Shown here piece by piece: positions 40,868-49,099 of a stretch of 64,000 nt of DNA (the first letter of the stretch is position 1; each line of letters opens with the position of its first letter). The position numbers and the translations under genes were made by a program. Source of the DNA: Ignavibacteriales bacterium (GTDB lineage: Bacteria > Bacteroidota > Ignavibacteria > UBA10030 > SZUA-254); the NCBI GenBank assembly GCA_016218025.1, contig JACRFD010000077.1, forward strand, positions 797 to 64,796. The letters are read 5' to 3'. A model generated the notes under the pieces. That model was not told where the DNA came from. It worked only from the letters and a program-made list of their open reading frames with translations, and did not search any database.

Positions 40868-40980
40868 CTCAGCTGGTCTACGACTCTACGATCAACGATC
40901 CCGTAGGGAGTCGTAGACTCGTAGAGGAGAGCGCCTCGTTCGCAACGAGGAGGTCGTCGGTTCGATCCCGATCAGTTCCA
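40858..40980 (+). pseudogene. Second tRNA-Ala(CGC) copy disrupted by a 50-nt palindromic insertion in the D-loop
   Basis: Outside 40877-40926 it matches the first copy at 70/73 positions. The differences are G1->A (creating an A1-C72 mismatch), T16->C and C69->T. It is followed by ACA rather than CCA. Confidence 0.6.
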
Positions 40981-41056
40981 CAGAATGTATGGTATCTGTT
41001 CTGCGCCAGAGGCGCATCCGCCTTCCGCCATTAAAATCGGCGGACAGGTTGGCGGA

Positions 41057-41074
41057 GATCCCGATCAGCTCCAC
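41057..41074 (+). repeat. Third, partial copy of the tRNA-Ala 3' end
   Basis: gatcccgatcagctccac is identical to 40550-40567 of the intact tRNA (T-loop 3' part, T-stem, acceptor 3' strand, discriminator). Confidence 0.7.
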
Positions 41075-41077
41075 TTC

Positions 41078-41203
41078 CAATCCGACATAACTTAACAATC
41101 CCGCAGAGCGGGAGCGGTTAAGTTATAAGTCGGATTGAGAATCCCTGCTTGCCGGTTAATTGCAAGCAGCAGGCAAGCCGCCGAAGTGAAACGAAGGCGG
41201 GAT
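41078..41203. other. GC-rich cluster of stable hairpins of unknown function
   Basis: Hairpin 41078-41137: caatccgac-ataacttaac...gttaagttat-aa-gtcggattg with an inner tcccgc/gcggga stem. Domain 41141-41203 is closed by atccc/gggat and contains ctgcttgc/gcaagcag and ccgcc/ggcgg stems. Confidence 0.4.
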
Positions 41204-41316
41204 AAAAAGTTCTTAGTGAGTAGTTAATTGTGAGTCTGATTATTAAACGCTCACAAATCTACCAATCACAAGTAAGTCGATCAACCACTATTCCGTACTT
41301 CAATCACCTTCATCGA

Positions 41317-43431
41317 ATGAATAATACAAATAAATCCAATCGTCTCATCAACGAAAAAAGTCCGTACCTCCTTCAGCACGCGCACAATCCCGTAGATTGG
41401 TATCCTTGGGGAGATGAAGCATTTCAAAAAGCCCGCGATGAAAACAAACCGATTTTCGTATCGATAGGTTATTCAACCTGTTATTGGTGCCATGTTATGG
41501 AGCGGGAAGTATTTGAAAATGAAACTATCGCTCAAATAATGAACGAGAAAATGATCAACATAAAAGTCGACCGTGAGGAGCGCCCCGATGTTGACCGCGT
41601 TTATATGAGTGCGCTTATTGCCACCACCGGACAAGGCGGCTGGCCCATGTCGGTTTTTCTTACTCATGATCTGAAACCTTTCTATGCCGCAACATATATT
41701 CGTCCAATCGAACATCACGGCAAGCCGGGATTTTCTGATCTGGTAAAACGCATCAGTGAACTTTGGATAAACGAGCAAAATAAAATAATTTCAACCAGCG
41801 ACCAGATCACTGAACATCTGAAACAATTGTCAAAACCGGATCATGAAATCATTATTAATGAATCGAATATTAGTAAAGCATATCAAAAATTTTTAGAGAG
41901 TTACGATTCACAATATTGCGGGTTTGGCAATGCGCCAAAATTCCCAAGACCTTCTGTGTTTAATTTTCTATTAAGATATTTTAAACAAACCGGCAATGGC
42001 TCATCGCTTAAAATAGTTCTCAACACCCTCCGAGCAATGGCACGCGGCGGCATGTACGATCAGCTTGGCGGCGGCTTTCATCGCTATTCAGTTGATGAGC
42101 AATGGCGTGTTCCTCATTTCGAAAAAATGCTTTACGATCAGGCACAACTTGCTATTTCATATTTAGAAACGTATCAGATTACGAAAGACGATACGCTGAT
42201 TGAAACCACAAAAGGTATTTTAGATTATGTGCTGATAAAACTTCATCATAAAGATGGCGGATTTTATTCCGCAGAAGACGCAGAGAGTGTTACTGATTCA
42301 TCTAAACCGAACGAAAAAGAAGAAGGTGCTTTTTATGTTTGGACAAAATATGAAATCGATTTGCTTCTCGGAAAAGAAAATGGAGAAATCTTTCATTTTA
42401 ATTTCGGGCTTGAAGATGAAGGAAACGCTCTCGAAGACCACCTGAATGTTTTTTATGAACAGAACATCCCATACGTTGCTCATAACATTGAGGAGACTGC
42501 ACAGAAGTTTGGAAAAACACCTGATGAATTGAAGCAACTCATACTTGCAACAAAACATAAATTATATCTCGAACGCGAGAAACGTCCGCATCCGCATCTT
42601 GACGATAAAATAATAACGGCTTGGAACGGGTTGATGATCTCGGCTTATGCCAAAGCATACCGGTGTCTTGAGTATGATATTTACCGAGATACTGCAGAGA
42701 GCGCTGCACAATTCATAATGAAAAATCTTTACAATCCACAAACTCAAACTCTTTATCGTCGTTACCGCGACGGTGATGCCCGCTTCGATGGCGGCTTGCA
42801 GGATTATGCTTTTATGATTCAAGGATTGATTGATCTTTATGAAACAACTTTCGATTTCCAATGGCTTGAATACGCAATATCGTTGACAGAAAAACAGATT
42901 GAATTATTTTGGGATAAAGAGTCGGGCGGATTTTTCGACACAACCGGAAACGATCCATCAATTATTTTAAGAACAAAAGAAGATTACGATGGCGCCGAAC
43001 CGACAGGCAATTCCATTGCCGCGTTGAATCTCCTAAAACTTTCACAAATAATCAATAGCAACAATTGGCGCGAGATGGCAGAAAAAACTATGCAATCGTT
43101 TGGAGCACGCCTGACTCAAATGCCGGAAGCGTTGCCACAAATGTTAGCAGCGTTAAATTGGAATCTATCAACTCCGAAGGAAATAATTATAGTCGGTAAT
43201 CGAAATGCAGAAGACACTAAAATAATGTTAAGAGAAATCGGTAAACATTTCCTGCCGAATAAAATCATCCTGCTTGTAGATGACGATTCGAAATCGAAGT
43301 TAGTCGCCTATCTGCCGTTCATCGAAAATATGACGATGATAGACGGTAAAGCAACAGCTTATATTTGTCAGAATTATAGCTGTCAACTGCCGACGAATGA
43401 TATTGAAAAAGTTGCTGAGAAGTTGGGGTAA
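41317..43431 (+). CDS. Thioredoxin-domain protein of the YyaL/SSP411 (DUF255) family
   Basis: [43 protein letters not shown], and a C-terminal (alpha/alpha)6-barrel-like region. The ATG at 41317 is preferred over the GTG at 41230 used in the ORF track. Confidence 0.85.
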   Translation: MNNTNKSNRLINEKSPYLLQHAHNPVDWYPWGDEAFQKARDENKPIFVSIGYSTCYWCHVMEREVFENETIAQIMNEKMINIKVDREERPDVDRVYMSALIATTGQGGWPMSVFLTHDLKPFYAATYIRPIEHHGKPGFSDLVKRISELWINEQNKIISTSDQITEHLKQLSKPDHEIIINESNISKAYQKFLESYDSQYCGFGNAPKFPRPSVFNFLLRYFKQTGNGSSLKIVLNTLRAMARGGMYDQLGGGFHRYSVDEQWRVPHFEKMLYDQAQLAISYLETYQITKDDTLIETTKGILDYVLIKLHHKDGGFYSAEDAESVTDSSKPNEKEEGAFYVWTKYEIDLLLGKENGEIFHFNFGLEDEGNALEDHLNVFYEQNIPYVAHNIEETAQKFGKTPDELKQLILATKHKLYLEREKRPHPHLDDKIITAWNGLMISAYAKAYRCLEYDIYRDTAESAAQFIMKNLYNPQTQTLYRRYRDGDARFDGGLQDYAFMIQGLIDLYETTFDFQWLEYAISLTEKQIELFWDKESGGFFDTTGNDPSIILRTKEDYDGAEPTGNSIAALNLLKLSQIINSNNWREMAEKTMQSFGARLTQMPEALPQMLAALNWNLSTPKEIIIVGNRNAEDTKIMLREIGKHFLPNKIILLVDDDSKSKLVAYLPFIENMTMIDGKATAYICQNYSCQLPTNDIEKVAEKLG

Positions 43432-43443
43432 CGTCGTAAAGGC

Positions 43444-43497
43444 AAAGTGCGACTCACCTTCAATTTAGGATCACCCATGGAGGTGAGTCGCACATTC
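43444..43497. repeat. REP-like palindromic element, copy 1
   Basis: aaagtgcgactcacc-(loop)-ggtgagtcgcacattc with a 13-bp stem (43447-59 / 43481-93). Confidence 0.7.
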
Positions 43498-43506
43498 AGT
43501 TTACGT

Positions 43507-43558
43507 GTGCCAACAGCCGACGAATGATGTTGAAATAGTTGCTGGGATGTTGGGGTAG
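43507..43558 (+). repeat. Displaced, diverged duplicate of the last ~50 nt of the YyaL-family gene
   Basis: 43511-43558 matches 43384-43431 at 42/48 positions, stop codon included (TAG versus TAA). Confidence 0.7.
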
Positions 43559-43712
43559 AGTCCATCTCTCAGATGGACTTAGCGGAAAATTCGACTACGA
43601 GTCGAACTCTACGATTGTTTGACATTTCAATTTAGAAAGATTATATTTTTTCACAACATTATTCATCCCAATTTGTATTATCAATAAGATTTTATACTTC
43701 TGAAGGAGATTT

Positions 43713-45395
43713 ATGAAACCGATTCTAATTATATCTTTACTTTCTATATTTATCATCATGGTATCCTGCTCCCCCGCCCCAAACGATGAGCAGAAACTGC
43801 GTGAGTTCATCACCAATCATCTCAAAACTGTCGAGCCGTTGATGAAAACGCAGAACTTAGCCGACTGGCAGGCAAACGCAACAGGCGAAAAGAAATTTTA
43901 CGATGAATCCGCGGCGGCTGAAATTGAAATTAAAAAAATCCGTTCCAATAAAACCGAGTATGCTTTCCTCAAAGAATTGAAGGAGAAAGGACCAATTAAA
44001 GATACTCTTCTCCAGCGGCAGCTTATCGTTCTTTACAACAATTATCTCAAAAATCAGATCGACACTTCTCTGATGCGGAAGATGGTTGAGAAGCAGGCGG
44101 CAATCTCGGAAAAGTTCAACAACTTCCGTGGAAAAATTGAGGGAAAAGAATACGCCGATAACGATTTACGCAGCATGCTGAAAGATGAACGTAACTCTGA
44201 TAAACGAAAACAAGTTTGGGAAGCGACCAAGCAAGTCGGACGTGAAGTCGCGCCGTTGATTATCGAGTTAGTTAAGCTTCGCAATCAGGCGGCAAAGCAG
44301 CTCGGTTTCGATAACTATTATGTAATGGCGCTTTCAACCGACGAGCAGAATGCAGACGATGTCATCAAAGTGTTCGATGAGTTAAAACAATTGACAGACG
44401 AGCCATTTAAACAATTAAAATCGGAGCTTGATGCGTCTATCGCAAAGAAATTCGGCACGAAACCGGAAAAGCTGATGCCGTGGAATTATGTGAATCCGTT
44501 CTTCCAGGAAATATCTGAAGCCGGCACAGTCGATCTTGATAAATTTTTCAAAGGTAAAAATGTTGTCGAGGTTGGAACTGCTTTCTACAAAGGCATTAAT
44601 TTACCGGTGGAAGATATTCTAAAGAACAGCGATCTTTACCCGCGCAAAGGAAAATACCAACATGCTTTCTGTAACGACATAGACCGGCTTGGCGATGTGA
44701 GAACAATGTGCAACATCACCGATAATCATGAATGGATGGGAACACTTTTACATGAATTAGGTCACGGTGTTTATTCATTGAATGTTGACCGTAATCTTCC
44801 GTTCTTACTACGAACAGAAGCACATACATTTACAACAGAAGCAATTGCAAATCTTATGGGCAGGCAGGCATATAACGTAGATTGGCTGCAAGCGATGGTT
44901 GGCTTGGACGAGAAAGAAAAAGAATCTCTCCGCAAGGATGTTCAGAAGAATTTAAGAATGACGCAATTAGCATTCACACGCTGGTCGCAGGTGATGGTGC
45001 GATTCGAACGGGCTATGTATGAAAATCCGGATCAGGATTTGAACAAATTGTGGTGGGATTTAGTCGAGCAGTATCAATTTGTTAAACAACCTGAAAATCG
45101 AAACGAGCCTGATTGGGCAGCAAAAATTCATCTGGCACAATATCCTTGCTATTACCACAACTATACGCTCGGCGAACTTGCTGCATCTCAGATTACGAAC
45201 AGTATAGTAAGGACAGTCGAGAAGCAAAACGCATTTGCCGAAATTTCATTTGCAGATAAGCCGGAGATCGGAGATTACCTGAAGCAGAAAATATTTATGC
45301 CCGGCGCTAAGTATCAGTGGAATGATTTCCTGAAACAAGCTACCGGTGAAGAATTGACAGCGAAATATTTTGCCGAAGAGTTTGTAGCGAAGTAA
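43713..45395 (+). CDS. Zinc metallopeptidase lipoprotein (gluzincin; M2/ACE-like by motif spacing)
   Basis: Lipobox IMVSC. HELGHGVY followed ~25 aa later by TEAIANL (the ACE family has HEMGH...EAIGD). About 560 aa. Confidence 0.7.
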   Translation: MKPILIISLLSIFIIMVSCSPAPNDEQKLREFITNHLKTVEPLMKTQNLADWQANATGEKKFYDESAAAEIEIKKIRSNKTEYAFLKELKEKGPIKDTLLQRQLIVLYNNYLKNQIDTSLMRKMVEKQAAISEKFNNFRGKIEGKEYADNDLRSMLKDERNSDKRKQVWEATKQVGREVAPLIIELVKLRNQAAKQLGFDNYYVMALSTDEQNADDVIKVFDELKQLTDEPFKQLKSELDASIAKKFGTKPEKLMPWNYVNPFFQEISEAGTVDLDKFFKGKNVVEVGTAFYKGINLPVEDILKNSDLYPRKGKYQHAFCNDIDRLGDVRTMCNITDNHEWMGTLLHELGHGVYSLNVDRNLPFLLRTEAHTFTTEAIANLMGRQAYNVDWLQAMVGLDEKEKESLRKDVQKNLRMTQLAFTRWSQVMVRFERAMYENPDQDLNKLWWDLVEQYQFVKQPENRNEPDWAAKIHLAQYPCYYHNYTLGELAASQITNSIVRTVEKQNAFAEISFADKPEIGDYLKQKIFMPGAKYQWNDFLKQATGEELTAKYFAEEFVAK

Positions 45396-45438
45396 CCTCG
45401 ATTCATATCACAGAACTCCGACTGTCAAAGATTAAATT

Positions 45439-45492
45439 AAAGTGCGACTCACGTCCAACCTTGAATCTGCCCTGAACGTGAGTCGCACATTC
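45439..45492. repeat. REP-like palindromic element, copy 2; sits between convergent genes
   Basis: aaagtgcgactcacg-(loop)-cgtgagtcgcacattc with a 12-bp stem (45442-53 / 45477-88). It shares the 14-nt and 15-nt arms with copy 1. Confidence 0.7.
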
Positions 45493-45522
45493 TATCATCA
45501 AAATAATTAGGTATACACAATA

Positions 45523-46746
45523 CTATCGAAAATATCCAGCAATTTCATTTGATAGAGAGCTTGCAGCTTTCTGAACTGCCTTCTGTACGAGTTCATCGGG
45601 GGATGGTGGAAATTCATCTGCTTTGCCACAGAGTTCGCGCGATGAAGAACTCAAAGCTTCTTCATCCCCTGTGAATCTGCCAAAATTGATAGTTATTTCA
45701 ACTTCGCTTGGAGTTGTACCCGACTTAACTATTTTTCCTGTTGCAACATCGATTATCTGATAACTGCAAGTAATGCTTGCTTTTGCTTTTCTTGTTGTTA
45801 TTTCGACCACCGCATAAACTTGCCGTTTAGGTTTATCTTTACCTTGATATAGTTCGGCACGCTCTTCCTTTCTAGATTTTGTTTCAGGTGGATTGGTTGT
45901 TGAAATTGAAGTAACTTTGCCGAATACAAATGCATGTAAACCAAGAACCTTGCCCATTTCTACGGCGGTTTTTTCGTCAACGATATTAGTTTGACCAAGT
46001 TTTTGTTCATTGACTAGTTGATTAATTCTATCTCGAGAAATTAGATCCATAAATTCCAAATTTTTTGGATCTGCCATTGCATTACTGATTATATATTCTG
46101 ATAAACTTTCTCCAATTTCTCCATATTGTGTTTTTCCACTTTTATTCTCGAATGGCATTACTGCCACTCTTCGTACGGCAGCGGTACGCATTTTTTCATA
46201 TCGTTCGGCAGCATCTTTATAACCATTAATGTATTCAAGAGATCGAGTATATGCTTTTGCTGCATCTTTATGCTTACCTGAGTTCTCAAATGACAAAGCA
46301 TTTTGGTAATGTTTTTCCGCTGCATTTTTTGTTGCATTATCGATTTCATTATCAACATTCTTTGTGGAAAATGAAATCATAGTTTCAGTTTTAGGGTCCT
46401 TTTGCTTCGGTATACCCCCTACAATATCCGAGAGTGTTTTGATAGTTGTATACAGTTTAAAAGCTTCATCCCAGTCATTGACAGATTCAGCTTTTTTTGC
46501 ACGCGAGTAATATTCTTCATAAGTTGAAGGGAAAAGATTTGTAAGAAAATTTGTTGCATCTTCATACCCTGGTTTTTCTCGAAGAGTTTGTGCAGTGTAA
46601 CGTACAGATGAGACTATATCACCCGCTTCATGTGCGCGTTTTGCTGATTCCCAAGCTTTAGGTGCACAACCATTGAAGATGAAAGTCGTAAATAAAAAAA
46701 GACCGACAGTCATCAGTATTATCATTTTACTGATAAATTGTTTCAT
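45523..46746 (-). CDS. Lipoprotein with helical N-terminal half and CsgG/LpoB-like C-terminal domain
   Basis: Lipobox FNGC. RVAVMPFENKSG...GE.L.E.I...M......F.DLISRDRINQL..EQKL...N.VD..TAVE.GK.LG..A.VFGKV resembles the CsgG/LpoB-type fold pattern. Confidence 0.45.
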   Translation of the reverse strand: MKQFISKMIILMTVGLFLFTTFIFNGCAPKAWESAKRAHEAGDIVSSVRYTAQTLREKPGYEDATNFLTNLFPSTYEEYYSRAKKAESVNDWDEAFKLYTTIKTLSDIVGGIPKQKDPKTETMISFSTKNVDNEIDNATKNAAEKHYQNALSFENSGKHKDAAKAYTRSLEYINGYKDAAERYEKMRTAAVRRVAVMPFENKSGKTQYGEIGESLSEYIISNAMADPKNLEFMDLISRDRINQLVNEQKLGQTNIVDEKTAVEMGKVLGLHAFVFGKVTSISTTNPPETKSRKEERAELYQGKDKPKRQVYAVVEITTRKAKASITCSYQIIDVATGKIVKSGTTPSEVEITINFGRFTGDEEALSSSSRELCGKADEFPPSPDELVQKAVQKAASSLSNEIAGYFR

Positions 46747-46825
46747 TGATAAATCTCCTTTTATATTATATGAATAAATTTATTAATTAGGTTTGAAAAT
46801 TATCTTTTATTCCCTAGAACGAAAA

Positions 46826-47215
46826 AACCCCTATCAGCTTTTTAGCCAACAGAGGTTTCTTAAAACTTTCGACGATCTCCTAACAGAAACCCCGGTAGCA
46901 TAATGCCGGGTTCTATGTGATCGCCAGACCAGCATAGAGCTTACACAAGCACTTGCTCACCGGGGCACGGTGTGCCCCGACATGTAAAATGCTTGTGTCG
47001 CAACTCTATAAAAAAATTGCTCTACAACTGGTCTGGCAGGTGGTATTGTAACAATAATATTTATGAAAAACAAGTTCCATCTTGGCGCCGAGTTGCCCTA
47101 TAAAAAAGGTAACCGAAAGGGGACTTTAATCCCAACATAGGAACACACAGATTGGCATAAAATTGTGATAACAGCACAGCGGAAACAGCCGCGTGGGTTT
47201 GACATTCCTTGATAT
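46826..47215 (-). ncRNA. Candidate structured RNA or 5' leader; class unknown, strand tentative
   Basis: Nested long-range helices include gccagaccag/ctggtctggc, tagagc/gctcta, acacaagca/tgcttgtgt and cggggcac/gtgccccg. There are also hairpins at 46886-46913 and 47170-47195. On the minus strand a terminator-like hairpin with a T6 run lies at 46826-46860. Confidence 0.3.
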
Positions 47216-47278
47216 TAATCATATATTTTCCCCATACCAAATCATTAATATTCGTTTTTTACAATAAATAAAAGAAAT

Positions 47279-48859
47279 ATGAAGCCCGCTCTTGTTTTTA
47301 TCGCGCTTATTTTTTGCTTTCTCTCAATTCCCGGTTGTTCAACTCAAGGCATACAAAATTCTATCTCAACCGGAGAGAATATAATCACTCCCGATCTAAT
47401 GAAGCAACACATTTACTTTCTCGCTTCCGATTCGATGATGGGAAGAGACACACCAAGCCGCCAACTCGATTCCGCCGCATCTTACATTGCCGAAATCTTT
47501 AAATCAAGCGGGCTCAAACCTGTAAACGGAAGTTATTACCAGAAGGTTGGACTTGGGATCGTGAGTTTGGGCGAAGATAATTATTTAAAAATTACAAAAG
47601 ATAATTCAGAGCAATCGTATAAAATAAAATCGGAATTCACGCCGTTCGATCTGACTGGGAATAAAGAAGCAAACGGTTCTATCCTATTTGCAGGTTACGG
47701 CATCACCGCCCCCGATTATAAATATGATGATTACAAAGATATCGATGCCAAGGGGAAGATTGTTCTCGTATTAAAACATGAGCCGCAGGAAAACGATTCG
47801 AATTCGGTTTTCAAAGGAATCGATGAAACCCAATTTTCCAATGTAAGTGAAAAAGTGAAAAATGCTATTGAGCATGGCGCAGTTGGAGTTCTTGTTGTAA
47901 CCGATCCGCTTAATCACACATCACTCACACCGCGCGGTTTTCCCTGGCCCTCGCTCTCCAAAACTTTACCCAAAGATGCCCTGCCAATGGTATTAATTGA
48001 TGAAACAGAAAAGAGAGTCCCTGTTGTACAAATCGGAGAAGAGGTTATTTTAAAACTTTTAGGAAGTGTGGATGAATTAAAAAATATTCAATCAAAAATC
48101 GACAGCACACTTCAGCCGCAGTCATTTGAAATCAAGGATGCAGCGATATCCTTAAAGACTACAATAATCATAGAGGATAAATCAAGCCGAAATGTAGTAG
48201 GTTATCTCGAAGGAACTGATCCGAAACTAAAAGATGAAGTTCTTGTAATCGGAGGTCATTACGATCATGTCGGCTATATGAAACAGCACGCCGACACTGT
48301 AGATTATATTTTCAATGGTGCGGATGATAACGCCTCCGGCACAAGCTCAGTCATGGCAGTTGCACAGGCGTTCGGTGCAGTGAATCAGAAGCCGAAACGA
48401 TCTATATTATTTATGGCTTTTGCCGGTGAAGAAAAGGGATTGATGGGATCGCGCGTTTATGTAAACAATCCCCTATTCCCTCTCGATCAAACTGTTGCAA
48501 TGTTAAATATCGATATGGTGGGACGGAATGGAGATGATACTCTGTGGATGGTAAATGAAGCGCTATGCCCGGAATTAGCAAAAATTAATGAGGAAGAAAA
48601 TAAAGATATCGGACTTCAACTTCTTGATGAAGAAAAATTACAGGGCGGCAGCGACCACATGAGTTTTCAGAAGAAAGGAATTCCGTTTTTGTTTTATCAC
48701 TCAGGATTACATTCCGATCTTCACAAGGTTTCAGATAATCCTGAATTTATTAATACAAAAAAAGCTGCGCGAGCGTCTCAGCTTGTATTCCGTACTGCAT
48801 GGCGGATATCGAATGATAATAAAAAATATAAGTTAGTTGATTCCAAAACTCTTTTTTAA
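47279..48859 (+). CDS. M28-family aminopeptidase lipoprotein with PA domain
   Basis: Lipobox IPGCS. M28 motifs are GGHYDHVG, GADDNASGTSSVMAVAQ, FAGEEKGLMGS and GSDHMSF. Confidence 0.85.
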   Translation: MKPALVFIALIFCFLSIPGCSTQGIQNSISTGENIITPDLMKQHIYFLASDSMMGRDTPSRQLDSAASYIAEIFKSSGLKPVNGSYYQKVGLGIVSLGEDNYLKITKDNSEQSYKIKSEFTPFDLTGNKEANGSILFAGYGITAPDYKYDDYKDIDAKGKIVLVLKHEPQENDSNSVFKGIDETQFSNVSEKVKNAIEHGAVGVLVVTDPLNHTSLTPRGFPWPSLSKTLPKDALPMVLIDETEKRVPVVQIGEEVILKLLGSVDELKNIQSKIDSTLQPQSFEIKDAAISLKTTIIIEDKSSRNVVGYLEGTDPKLKDEVLVIGGHYDHVGYMKQHADTVDYIFNGADDNASGTSSVMAVAQAFGAVNQKPKRSILFMAFAGEEKGLMGSRVYVNNPLFPLDQTVAMLNIDMVGRNGDDTLWMVNEALCPELAKINEEENKDIGLQLLDEEKLQGGSDHMSFQKKGIPFLFYHSGLHSDLHKVSDNPEFINTKKAARASQLVFRTAWRISNDNKKYKLVDSKTLF

Positions 48860-49099
48860 TTTCGTCTACCCCTTTTGTGTTTGGGGTTGACTAATAAGTT
48901 TGTTTTCTCGTTACATCCCGTCACGACCACGTCGTGACGGGACACTCGAAAACCGGCTACAGATGTGGTTCTCGAGTTCATAGTTTCGATATGGAGTATC
49001 GAGAGAACCTTCTTAGACAGTTCTAAATTTAAATGGGATCGGCTGTACATGAAAGAAACAAAAATAAATTTTCAATTTTCAATAAATCAAGGAGCCCGT

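Noticed and set aside
40437-41098. Minus-strand ORFs 40437..40649 and 40892..41098
   Set aside because: They run through the tRNA-Ala gene, its disrupted copy and the GC-rich hairpins. They are artefacts of stop-poor structured DNA.
40858-41215. Possibility that the tRNA-like copy plus the downstream structure is a tmRNA (standard or permuted)
   Set aside because: The tRNA-like part retains a complete anticodon arm. I found no tag reading frame ending in ...AA-stop, and no second T-arm/CCA end.
46826-47215. Possibility that the structured region is RNase P RNA on the minus strand
   Set aside because: AUAGAACCCGGCAUUAU resembles the conserved ACAGAACCCGGCUUAU. However, it is part of a self-contained local hairpin. 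The universal GAGGAAAGUCCGGGC, GGGUGAAA and GUAAGAGC elements are absent, and AAAGUCCCC is only a weak look-alike. The region still needs a covariance-model scan.
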